Source: Hyphochytrium catenoides
Lineage: Eukaryota; Protista; Hyphochytriomycota
Assembly: GCA_900088475.1 (NCBI GenBank)
Contig: FLMG01002622.1
Location: forward strand, 1 to 64,000
Reading direction: 5' to 3'
Length of the DNA: 64,000 nucleotides
Part shown: positions 11,089-23,353 of the stretch, one piece after another
Layout: each line of letters begins with the position of its first letter
Numbering within the stretch: the first letter of the stretch is position 1
The notes under the pieces: model-generated
Told to the model about the DNA's origin: nothing
Database searches by the model: none
What the model saw: the letters and a program-made list of their open reading frames with translations, nothing else
Position numbers and translations under genes: made by a program

Positions 11089-14000
11089 CTACTCGCACTT
11101 GATATCTCTATAGATTCTCTTAACGAATATCTCACTACCGCAATAGCCAATGTACCCGCACATTATTGAGAGCGCAGAGCAGAAGAGAAACCTAAAGGAC
11201 GAAAGAGGGAGGAGAGAGAGAGAAGAGAGAGAGGGGGAGGCAAAGACTTAGTGAAGTCTTTCTCTCTAATACTTTTGGATGTGTGGAAGAAGTACCAGCG
11301 GATGCAGAGTTTAGAGAGAGTATACGTAGGTGAATTGGTCAATCAAAGTTTAGCGTGACCACCAGTGGAGAGGAGACAGCAAAGGAGGAGCGAGATAAGA
11401 GGAGAAGGGAACATCACAAGGTTATAGAGAGACAGAGAGGAGGGCTTGCGCTTACATATATCCAAAGTAGTAGGAGGTCTGCAGGAAGCCGTACATCCTC
11501 GTCTTGAAGAAATAGAAGTAAACTGCATAGGCAAACACATAGGCCGCCGTGCTCGCTGAGGCCAGAAATACTGGGTTGGGAACAGAAGGAGAGAGGCGTG
11601 AAGGAGTCAGAGAGCGAGATATAACGTTGCGCAAAAGGACTACAGGGCAAACACGACGCAGGATGGCCTAAGATGTATTACCGTGTAGTGACAGCGCAGA
11701 AAGGAGGAAATGGGAACAGAACAGGGACGTTGGAGTGACAAAGATATAGGAAGGAGATGAGATGAGATGTGGAAGAAGAGCGAGCGAGAGAGAGAAGGGA
11801 GAAAGAGCGAGAGAACCGAGCAAGAGAAGAACTAAAAAGATAGAGTGTACGCTTGTCATACAGATCAACAAGTGAGAGAGAAGACAAATGCCTCTGTCTC
11901 TGCTATTACCTGTCCAGTGCCATCGCCAGTTCTCAGAGTTGAGCAAGAAGTAGGTGGCGACGACGGCGACGCACATGGTGACGACGATGAGGATGAGGAA
12001 GATGAGGAGCATGAAGCCGTAGACGTAGTAGAACTTATAGTTCCAGAATGAGGTGAAGATGAAGTACATTTCTATAAAGATGGAGCCGAAAGGAAGGATA
12101 CCGGTGCTCAGGATGATAAAGCGCGGCTGGAGGTACCAGGGAGATGGAGGAATGTGGTGGGCAATGCGAGAGACTCTACGAAGGAAGAGAAAAAGGGGAG
12201 AGAGAGGGAGAGAAAAGAGACAACAGGACACACGTGTGTGAGAGAGAGAGAGAGAGTTATGAGACATAACAACGCGCCAATGAGCAAGTAAGGGGAAGAG
12301 AAGTAACTATATAGAGCGGCTCCTCAAAGAGAATTGACGCGGCAAGAAGAACGAAAATTGACTGAACAATAATCTAAGGGAAGACTCGTGTTGAGGTGGT
12401 AGGAATAAAAAAGAGAGAAGAGAGCATGAGCAGAGATCCTCCTTCTAACAGCAAGGGTAGAAGGTAAGCCAGGACACATGAGGACGTGGTGGATTGTTGA
12501 CAAGACAGAGAGGCTTCCAGGGTGGGAGAGCCGCAGTTAAGGAACCGTCAATGAGAAGAAGCGCTGAGAAAAAGACGAGAGAGACAGAGAAAGAGCGCAA
12601 GCGAGAGACACCTGCAAGGGAAGTCCGGCTTCCCGCTCCAATTTCTTCCAAGAATGGTTCCGCAGATTGCGAGAGGAAAAGCGACGAAGACCCACAGAAG
12701 TAAGATCTTCAGAATTGAGCCGAAAGGGAGAGCGAAGGTGGTTCCGTAGTACACTGCGATCCAGTTGATGCAGAAGATCACAGAAAAAGAGAGAGCCGGC
12801 AGGAGAGAGACCTGCAAAGGCAAAATAAGAAGATGGAAGGCTAAAGGTCAAAAATTTGGGAGAGAGTTTGCTTCAGCCTACTTCACTTCATCCCAATTTC
12901 GTCCATTTATCGATCTCCTCTCTTCCGTCTCCCTTTCCACGATCTCTTATAACTGCCCATTTGTTTCTCTCTCTCGCGCGCGTACTCTCTGAGGTATCTC
13001 TCCTTCTCTTTCGTCTCGGTCCCAGCGTTCACCCAACTCTGAAGTCCTTGTTTTCCTGTTTGTTGCCACTTCATTCCTTCTTCTCATCCTACCGTAAGGA
13101 GCATGACATGAATCCAGCCTTCGGAGGGCTGAGGGTAGAAATAGCGCTGATAATAGGCGCCGCTAACGTAACCGGCGAGGAAAGAAGAGAGAGAATAGAT
13201 GGCGATGACCGCCGAAGTGATCGCCCCGGGCTCTACATAAAGAGCACCAACGATCGCAAACAGGATCACGCAAAGGACCACCACTGTGACCTAAGAAGAC
13301 AGAGTGCACCGGGAGAAGAAGAAGGTAGGGCAAGGAAGGATGATGGAGGAAGGAAACACGAACATGATTAGCACTTGAAAAGTAAGAGCAAGATGGGCAT
13401 GAGAAGAGGAACAAGAAACCCAAAACGAGGAAAGCGTAGTATCAAGAGTCATGGAGGCGAAGCGAGGTCTTGACGACAAGAGCGCTAAAAGGGGAGGAGA
13501 TGTAAAGAGAGGGCCAAGCGAGGGAGCTAGGCAGAGAAGAAGCTAACAAGCTAACGAACAGAAGAGAGTGAAGTGGAAGAGAAACGGCCAACCTGAGCGC
13601 CTGACCCGAGAAGGGCAGAAAGGATCATCAAGTGTTCAGGTCGGCGGAACACATCGCCGCTGACCTGCGGTTCAGAAGGGTACGAGGGTTAATGAGAAGG
13701 AAATAGGAAAAGTGAATAAACAAGCGCTCACAAGGGAAAGGAAGCGGGAACAAGAGGGAGAGAGCGATAGCTCGCGAAGAAGGCTTAAGAAGATATGAAA
13801 AGCGAAGGTTATTTTTATCGTCAGCCCACACGCAGGAATGCCTAGCGGTCCCGCTCTCTCTCGCTTCAAGGCCTTACCTGCTTCCAACCTGTGTCATCTC
13901 CCATGCCCCTGTCCATCGTGTCTGCCTCCACGTCCTCTCGAGTGTACTAGAACGAAGGATGAGACGGACGAGCAACGAGATGGAGAAGGTGGGGCACGGA

Positions 14001-16748
14001 AAGGAGAGGTTTATACGGAAGGACGAGACCGACAAAGCCACACAAAGAGGGGGTAATATCGGAAAAAGACCAGCGAGGACACAAGCACCTGACCGACTTA
14101 TTCAAAGCCGGGCAGAGTAGGAGAGAAGGGGGCTCAGAAAGAGAGACGAAGACCATAGACGAGAGAGCAAGATGAATGAAGAATCCGAAAAGGTAAGAGG
14201 ATAAGGGTCACCTTGGCATAGTCATTCTTCAATGTCCGGAGAAGGATGAGCGCTACTAGTCCGCAAAGGAAGATGACCATCATAAACGAGTTGAAGATGG
14301 AGAACCAATGAATCTGATGCTCAAAAAAGCTGAGGAAGCCGTGCAGAAAAAGCAGAGATCAGTGGAAGGCAGATTGGCGCAACCACAGGGAGCATCGCAG
14401 TGAGCAAGGGAGAGATATAAGGTTACGAAGAAATATGATGCTAAAAGCGAGTGAGGAAGAGACATAAAAGCCATGAAGTCAGAGAAATGAGTGAGACCAA
14501 AACAGGAAATGAGTAGCGACCGAGTCCGCAAAGAAAGATGGCCATCATAGACGAGAGCGCGTAATAAAAGATTACGAGACTGCCAAAGAGGTCGAGGGTG
14601 CGCCGACGAGGGAAGAGACAAGCAAAGGTGCTAGAGATAAGGACCGACGGTCCAAATCTTACTCTTCCTCTAGGTATCGATCGAATCTATCATCGAAATC
14701 TATGTCTGTCTCACTCCAGCTAATCTCATACGTGAAGGATACCTCCCTGAAGGTAAAAGGGTTAGAGAATCTATGAGAAGAGCACCACGGCAAAAGCCAA
14801 AACCAGCAATTAAAAGCTGCCAAACCAGGGTCCTCCATTGTCAGACTCTAAATAGCAAATCGAGGAAGTAACAGAAAACTTCCAGGCAGAGTAGACGAAG
14901 AAACCTTGGCAACACTTCGGTAGCTGCAAAAAAGAAGCAGTGAAGTGAAAGGCACCGAAGAAGTGGAGAGAGATTGAGAGGAAAGATGGGAGAAAGTGTG
15001 AGAGAGAGACAGCCCTAAACGCCAACCTTCCTTCCTCCAGCATCTCCGCGTTATTGGTGTAGGAGATATTCACATGGATGATGTGGGGCCCATTGTAGGA
15101 GATGGAGAACTTCTTGTGCGTGAAGAGCAGACTGGAGCCTACCGGCGCCTGAAGTGGGAGACGAGAAAGACATACTTTAGAAAGATTTATGCTAAGCGGA
15201 TGCGGAACGCGAACATTAGAGACAAAGCCGCACAGATAGGGACCGTGACGGGGAGCGATTAAAATAACAAAAGCGAGAGGTGGGGGAGAGGAGAGAGAGA
15301 GGCAGAAACTGGGAGACTGAAGGAGAAATAGACAGAGAGGTAAGAGTGAGGGGGGCAAGCAGACCAACAGATTGGTGTTCTTCCCCTCTTATTGTCTTTG
15401 GCTATCTCTTACCTTCATGTTCTTATCCTCCGCTGCCACTACCTGATAGGGAGAAAGAGAAAGGTCAGTGTCTTGCCCCCTGCATCTCAGAGCGGTTGTC
15501 TCTCGTGAAATTAACCTCTTCTTTGAGCCTCACGGCTTTTTCGTCTCTTTGTTTCCCCATTCTTCTCCCCCTATTTCTCTATTCTTCCCTGAGCTTACCT
15601 TCCCCACCAGCCCCCAGAGCGGTAGGTCATCAACATACATTTGATACCAGTAGTGGTTCGTCACCTACAGAGAGAGAAGGACATGAGCAAATAAGGATGC
15701 AAGCCAAGGAGAGAGAAAAAAGAGGGGAGATCGAGGGCGGAGCGACAGGAGGACAAGGATGTAGGGAGAAGAGGGACAGAAACGTGCAGCTAATAAGGAA
15801 AAGAAGAGACTTTAAAAGAAGAGTTAATGAAGCTGTTCTTCTAGGAATAGAAAGAAGAGAGGAAAACAGATGGAGAGGATAAGTAAGAGAGGAAGAGAGT
15901 CAAGGAAGAGTTCAAGAACAGGTGCTGCGCGGGACTTACCGCGAACTTGAAGTCTTTAACATCTTCGGCTGACAGCTTCTGAGAGCAGATCTTCGAGACA
16001 GGCTGGTTAACTGCATAGAGAGGGTAGACAGAGTAAAGAAGGAGTACACAGAAAAGACGATAGATAGTAGCGTAGGGATGGAGAGAGAAAGAGACAGCGC
16101 GAACTGTCTCTTTCGCTTTCTTTTCTGCTCTGTGTGACTTTGCCAGTTCTATGTTGCCCTCGTCTCTTGCCTAGAAGCCATGCCGCCACCTCTAAAGATA
16201 GTCTCAAACTTTCCAGGTCCTTCTTTCTCTCTTGCCTATTCTCCCTGCATCTCCCTCTCTCTCTCTCTCTCTCCCTCCCCCCCAAACCCCTACTTAGTGT
16301 TTCTCCGTCTCCCCCTCTCTCTCTCTGTGTCTCTTTCTTACCCATGAACTGGGCTTTGATGTTGCTATTGACAAGCTCGTTGCCCTCCAGCACCTCTCCC
16401 AGCCCAACCGAGTGGACCTCTGGCTGCAGTCTCTCTCCTCTGCAGAACGGGAGAGAGAAGTACGGGTATGTCTCCATGGGATTGTGGTAGGGCCCGACCT
16501 TGTTCATCCAGAAGTTGACAGGATCTCCCTTATTATACTAGGAGGTAGAGAAAAAATGAGAGAGAGACAAAGTGGAGAGAGGGGGAGAGAAAAAGAGAGA
16601 TCGGAATAGCGAGAACAAAGAAAGGGAGTGAAATTAGTGTGCAGAGAGAGAGAGACACACAGAGGGAGAAGAAAAGGATGTGAGGAACTAAGGCAATCAG
16701 GAGAAAAGGAGAGTTCGAGATGGAGGTGAAGGACAAGCGAGAGGCAGG

Positions 16749-16783
<35 letters not shown>

Positions 16784-17245
16784 GGAGCAGCAACTACAAA
16801 AAGAGACACAGAGAGGAAGGGAAGAGAACACTCCAACAAGGTATCAGATGGATGAAGAGTGCAGACAGCGAAAAAGAGGGAAGCGGGCAAGGAGAGGAGC
16901 AAAAGAGAGTGAGGGCAGTAAAGAGAGAGATGCCGAAAGAGGAGCTTGAAGAAGGAAAGAGGCGGAAGTCAGCGCTGTCACTCAAAAACCGGGTCCATTT
17001 GAGCTGAGAGGGAGAGTAGAGGGCCAGGGATGAGAGAGAAAGAGGGCGACGTGGCAGAGCGCGCATATACGGAGACTGGGACGTAGATCGGTGCAGGAGA
17101 GAGAGACAAGAGAGAGAAAGAAAGAAGAAAGAACTTCTCTTCTTCATACATAGTGGGACTCATCATCTGCCTCTGCTGGCCCGGTTGTGAGACAGAGCAG
17201 CGAGCCCAGCAAGAGAAACGCCAACAGCCCGCGCAGCGCCGTCAT
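11089..17245 (-). CDS. Transmembrane 9 superfamily / endomembrane protein 70 (TM9SF3/TMN1-like); 15 exons
   Basis: Signal peptide [14 protein letters not shown]...; motifs [87 protein letters not shown]; C-terminal IYRDIKCE* (KxD/E Golgi motif). All junctions checked are GT-AG and phase-compatible, including a 30-nt exon at 15442-15413. Confidence 0.96.
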
Positions 17246-17915
17246 CCCTCTGGCCGTCCTTTCTCTCGGGGGCTCGTCTTCCTCTCTAGTAGTCTCTCTC
17301 TCTTCTAAAACCACCTTGCTCAGGGGCTCTGTTTTTCTCTCTCTCTCTCGTGCTTGAAAGGGAGAGAGAGGGTAAGCGAGAGCCAGGAGTCAAGGAGAGG
17401 AATTGTGCACCTCAGAGACAGACTGCGCTCAAGTGCCCGTACTGGAGGTGATGATGAAGCATTAACAGGTCAAGAAGGCCAGGCAGAGAGAGAGACAGGC
17501 AGATTATTGAGCAGGATAGGGCTTCAGACTGCCATCATGTCATTTCTTTTTTCTCTTTCTCTCTCTTCATCCTAAGGCCTTAATATACCCCTCCATCTCT
17601 CTCTCTCTCTCTCTCTCCCCCTCACTCTCGTTCTCTCTCTCTCTCTCACCATTTTTTGGTTCTCACTCCCTCTCTTTCTCCTTTCTCTTTCTCCCTTCCC
17701 GCTCTTCCTCTTTCTTCTCCCATTTCTCTTGTACTGTACCTCTTGACCTTTCTCTCTCTCTCTCTCTCTTCCTCTGTCCTGCCCTTATTAGCCCAGCCTC
17801 CAAACATTGTATCTTATTACTACTGCGCCTTTCAGCTCGGTGAAAGCAAAGCAACGATACGACTTCCTGAAATATTACTACAATGGTCTTCCTTATATAC
17901 CCCCAACATCCGCAG

Positions 17916-17973
<58 letters not shown>

Positions 17974-18971
17974 AGCTCTGGTCGGCTCTCTTTCTGTTCA
18001 GACTTTCCCTTTCTTCTCATCTCATCTACTGCCGGACCCCCATCTGAGTGTGCCCCCAATTTCTTGGTTTTCTTTACCTGTTTCCCTACTAAAAGGGGTA
18101 GGAGGTTCAGGAACAGCTTCAATCGCGCTCGTCTCCTCCCTTGTCCTCTGCTGAACGTCATGCTGTCTCTTCTTTCTGGTGCGCATGGGAAACAGAGAGA
18201 GAGAGAGAGAGAGGCTGTAGGTACGTGGCGATGCGGGTGATGAGATCTCTTTTTCCATTTATTGTACGACGAGCCTTTAGGCTTATACAGAGCAGCGGAC
18301 CGTCATTATCTACAGTGGAGGGAGAGATTCGTTTTCTTCTTCTTTCCTTCTCCTTCGCTTAACAGCATTCTCCTCTTTCCTTTACCTCCCTCTCTCTCTC
18401 TCTCATTCTGTCCCTTCCTCTTTCTCTCACCCCCCCTTTCTTTTCTCTCTGTGGATTCGCTCCTGTCTGCGTTTGAGCACTCTGCTGTTGTTCAGGCGCC
18501 CGCTGCTCTGGAATAATAATTATTGATCGAACGAAAGCCGGATCCTCACACCTCCAGCATGCTGCTGCTTAGACAGATAAGCAGAGAGAGAGAGAGAGAA
18601 GCGGGGGAAATAAATGGGCAGGCGAGGCGGAGAGGCAGGGAGGGAGGGAGAGAAAAGAAAGCGAAAGAGAGTGTCAGAGTCACTGACGCAGCCAGGTAGC
18701 CAGCTAAAGATAACTGGGGAAGGAAGAGTATCAACGAAAGGAAGGGAAAGGAACAAGCTTGAATAGCAGAGTATGATTTTGTTCGAGAAAAAGAGGGACG
18801 TGAAGTGAAAGGGATAAAAGGAGAGAGAGAGAGTGTAAGAGGAGAGTAAGAGCGGAAGTGACCAGGAAAGAGGTAGAGATAGTTCAACAGAGCCAAAGCA
18901 AGTCCACAGCCAGACAAAAGACTTTTAAGCCCATCAAGAACAAGAAAGGAAAGGACGAGGAGCTCATCCTC

Positions 18972-21169
18972 CTACCTTCTTCTGCCTTTTTTCTCTCCGT
19001 GCACTCCATACTGAAGAGAAATAGCCGAAGGAAGCTCAAGATTTCTTCTCAATCTGTTTCCTATCTTCAGCTGCAGAGAAGAGTCCGAGGATGTGGCGGT
19101 CCAGACAGAGATCCGATCCTGACCCTTCCGGCTTCCTACCACCGCGCCGCACACGTCCGAATTATCGTCCATTGTCTCTCCAATAAGGCCGAGGATCTAA
19201 GGACGAATAATATCGGTTAACGAGAGTCACGCCGCAGAGAGAGAGAGAGAGAGAGATTGGTCCCATCTTCGGAGAAAGATCAAAAGGAGAGACAGATGTA
19301 AGGGAAGCAAGAGAGAGATAACAAATGCAATGGAAGAAAGAGGGAGAAAGAGACGCAGACCAAAGGTGGCATGTGTAGGAACGAGCAGGACACAAGAATA
19401 GAGAAAGAGAGAGAAGGTGACAGCCAGCAAGCCATGGGTTCAAGAGGACACCGATAAGAATATATCAGCAACAACAGTGAAAAGAAAGAGGCAGCGGTGC
19501 AAGAGGACCGAGAGAGAGACAAAAGAGAGAGGAGACGGGAAGAGAGAGAGAGAGAGAAATATCTGCATCAAGCCAAGCGCAGGAGAGGGAAGAAGCACAG
19601 CACTGCGAGGTTAGACGGGCGAGAGGAAGGAGACCAGAGGAGGCGGCCAACCACAGAGGCTCACCGTGTGCAGCCACCAATCGTCCAACTTAGACTTCTT
19701 TCCCTTCGGCACAGAAAAGACCCATCGACCACCGTGAGCGTTCCTCTGGTCTTCCCACTCAGGTCTGATGCCCTCCTTGAAGAGATTGTAGTACGCGTTG
19801 AGAGGAAGCTTTGACGCAGGGATAATGTTGTTGTATAACCTGTGTGTTGAGGTGCAAGACAGAGTGTGCGAGAGAGAGAGACACCGAGCGACAGAGATCA
19901 GAGACAAACCGAGTTATGAGCCGAAGAAGTAAGACGTAAGACGTCTCGTGCATGGAAAGGTCAGCACTTGACGTAGGTCAGACAAGTGGCCCGGAGGCAT
20001 TATGTGTGTGTGAGAGAGAGAGAGAGAGGGCTAGAGATGATATGAAGAACTGGGAGTAAGAGAAGGAGGAGCGCCGGTAACTATAGGCGTGTCCAAAGCT
20101 AATAACGGACAACACAGATGTCACACAAGAAGAGGTCAGGTCATGGCACAGCGCGATTGTGCGGAGGCACCAGGAAAGGGTCATCACGACGGAGAAGCTA
20201 AAGGAACAGAGAAAGAGAGAGAGAGGAGAGAAGCGCCTAAGGTCTTACCTCCAAAACTCCTCCACTGTGCCAAAGGTGTAGACTGGAGTGAGGTTGGAGC
20301 CCCAAGATTCGTTTGAGTTCCCAGTGTTCCGGTCATACCAAAGCACCCAGCGGTGCTGGAGAGGGTGCTGCCGAAGAGGAGAAAGTAAGCACCAGTGGCA
20401 GAAGCAAATGAGGCAAGAGACGACGAGCAGGAAATGTATAGGGCGATAGGAGGGAAGCAAAAAGAAGCGACGAGGGAACCGACACAAGAGAGTCGAGCAC
20501 AGTTCGGATGTCGGGAGGAGCAGCCACAGTAAAGGGAAAAGGAAGCACAGAGAAAGAAGAAATACGAGACGGAAAGAATGAAGGAGAAGCAGAGAAGAAG
20601 TTGAAAGTAGCAGCCTTCAATTTGATAGGACGGAGCGATGAATAACCTAGGCACAGAACTGACGGAAGGACCACGAAGACCACGAATGCTCTAGGAAACG
20701 AGAAAGCACTGCCCTCTCCAGAAACACAGCGAAGAAAGCTTATTAGAATGAATGTAAAAAGGAGGATAACGGAGCACCACCACGAAGGGTAGCGGATAAG
20801 AAAAGGAGAATCTGAGGCCCTTCAGAGATAAAAGAAAGAGAGAGAGACAGAGAGAGTGAGAGAAAGACAGGGGGACATGGGACCGCGGACTCCTAGAGCG
20901 CGCCATCGGGCAGGAGAAGTGTAACATAGAAACAGATACCTCTTCTGGATTTAGGGTCATCTTGTCAAAGGAGGAAGCAGTCTCTGGCACCGCAGTAGGA
21001 GAAGTTTCTGTTTCTTGAGGAAGGCCAACCGAGACCGAAAGGCAGGAAGAGGGAGATTGACAAGGGGACGCAAGGTAAGAGAAGCTTCTTAAGGATATTT
21101 CTCACTTTGTGGGCTTGGAGGCTTACCTTCCTCACCGTTCTTGTGTCTGCTTTCCTGACCAGTGGCCAT
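18972..21169 (-). CDS. eIF4E: Eukaryotic translation initiation factor 4E (class I-type Trp pattern); 5 exons
   Basis: Exons 21169-21127, 21013-20940, 20367-20249, 19839-19665, 19196-18972 give HPLQHRWVLWYD, SWGSNL, TVEEFWR, FKEGIRPEWED, GGRW, LIGE, VCGAVV, DRISVW. The extreme 3' end could involve a further splice. Confidence 0.93.
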
Positions 21170-21459
21170 TCTGCCTACACTATCAATAGCCTCTCTCTCT
21201 TTGTGTATCCCTCGTGTCTCTGTACGGTCTCGTCGTCTGTCTTCTCTTCTCTCTTCGATAAACTCTAAGGCAAGAAGCCGCGAAGACGTTCTTCAATTGA
21301 GAGCTATTGATAACGAGCTCAGCGGAATGTGGCGCGGGGACAGACACAAGCAGATCTCTTGGACGTCGACTCGCCGGGAGAGCTTAGTGAAGCTTTTCGC
21401 ATTCTGTCAGAGAGTTTCTCTCACCTCTCTCTCTCTCTCATCTCTCTCTCTCTCTCTCT

Positions 21460-21523
<64 letters not shown>

Positions 21524-22062
21524 GTGTTATACCCCTCCCCTGTCACAAGGTCCTCTTCTTTTTATTGGAGGGATTTGCTTGGAGGGCAAGATGAGAACGT
21601 TTGGTGGAGTGGAGAGGAGGAGTAGGGACCGCTAACGGTATATTGATTCCCAGTTACTTTGACGTCTAGTTCTTCTGATCTCTCTTCTGATAACTAAAAT
21701 TGATCCAACCCCCCTGAAGTCCTGGGGTATTTCTGCGTCGTGCTTCTTTCCGTTATCGCCTTACCTTGTAATCGTACTGCTGTAGAAGAGAGACGCGACG
21801 GAGGAGAGAAAGAGTAATGCCAAAGTGGTTATACAATCAACGACAGAAAGAGGAGAGACAGGAAATCGAGACAGAGCGAAAGGCCAAGAACGATCAATGT
21901 ATGAAGGGGCGTGCAGGGCTGGGAGAGGGGGGAAGGAGACAGGGAAGACAGAGCAACCTCAAACCCTAAAGAGGGCCTAGGAGAGATATAAAGAGATGGA
22001 GCCAATGACAGAATAAAGAAAGAGCCAGAGAGAGAGAGAGAGAGAGAAGGAGAGAGAGCGAA

Positions 22063-22093
<31 letters not shown>

Positions 22094-23353
22094 AGCGAAA
22101 GAGGTAGAGAGGAGCCGCAGCACGCGGAAAGTGAGATAGTGTTATGAAGAAGGGAAAAGAGGTAAGGCCTTAAGAGTAGGGGAGGGCCGCTACGATGACG
22201 CGTTCACTTCTCTCCTTCATCTCCCTGTTGGTCTCCTTTCATTGTCCGTTACACCGCCCCTTCTCCCGGCCGCCCCTCGCCCGCCCACCTTCTTCCTCTC
22301 TCTTTCTCCTCCTCTTCTTTCTTCCTAACTTGAGCAACATAGCTCAGAGCCAAACAAAGGACACTGGAAGGGAGAGAAAAGAGTTTGTTCTTCCGGACTT
22401 TCATCCCTCTCTACTTGCAGAGAGCACTGTAGATAGATACGAGATCTTAGGCTTCTTAGGGCTGATCTGGAGCGATGCGATGATAGTGATGAGACAGACC
22501 GGCGGCCCAGCAGCAGCAGCAGGAATATACCGACGACGGGGGGAGAGCCACTCACAGGCAACCACAAAGAGGAAGGCTGGCTAAGCAGCAGAAGAGGAGC
22601 AAGACCTGGTGGGCCCCGACAAAGCAAACTACCTACACCTCCTCCTCCTTATCCAGCGGACCCTCTCCCTATCTTTCTTCCTCCTTTGTTCCTTATCTTT
22701 ATCTTCCCATCTTCAGCGGTTACTTCCTTTCACCGCGCTCCTTGCTTCATTCGAAGGAGGAAAAGAAGAGTTCTACTACCTGGTAATGAGAGAGAGAGAG
22801 ACCACCATAAGAATAGAAAGCCGAGTGATAGTACGCCGTGAGGAGGGATAGCGGGTCGTCCATCGCTATTCTTTGTTGTTAGTTGTCTTGGAGCTGGACG
22901 AAGGAGGCAGCAGGAAGGCGTTCAACGGCTGCTTCACCATTTTTCAGCTGCTGCTGAGCAGCACAGAGATCGACGGGTGCTGCATCACTCAAGCTTCTCT
23001 CATCTTCCCCTTCATCTTCGAATAGGGAGACAGTGCTTCACACTCTCTCTTCTTCATTTTGACGGGGTCTATTGGAAAAGGGTGCACTCCTTTTCTTTCT
23101 TCTTTCTCTATTCACGGGCAGAGAAACTGTGACTATTTTGTCTGTCATATCGACCAGATATACGCAGATAGAGGTTTGACTAAGAGAAAGAGAGAGAGCT
23201 CTTCACGCCCTCGCTCCTCTTCTCTTATTCTCTTCCTTAATGGGAGGCGTCATGATGAGTCTCCAACCTCAGGTCCTCGCCAAGACTTGTCCCACTCTGG
23301 GAGATGTTGCTGGAAGAAAGATCACATTTAGGAAATGGAGGCAACGAGCTCTC

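Noticed and set aside
17448-17540. C/D box snoRNA suggested by GTGATGATGA
   Set aside because: No matching D box (CTGA) or terminal stem found.
21630-23000. Possible small minus-strand gene between eIF4E and ABCG
   Set aside because: Splice-like signals are present but no phase-consistent, recognisable ORF could be assembled.
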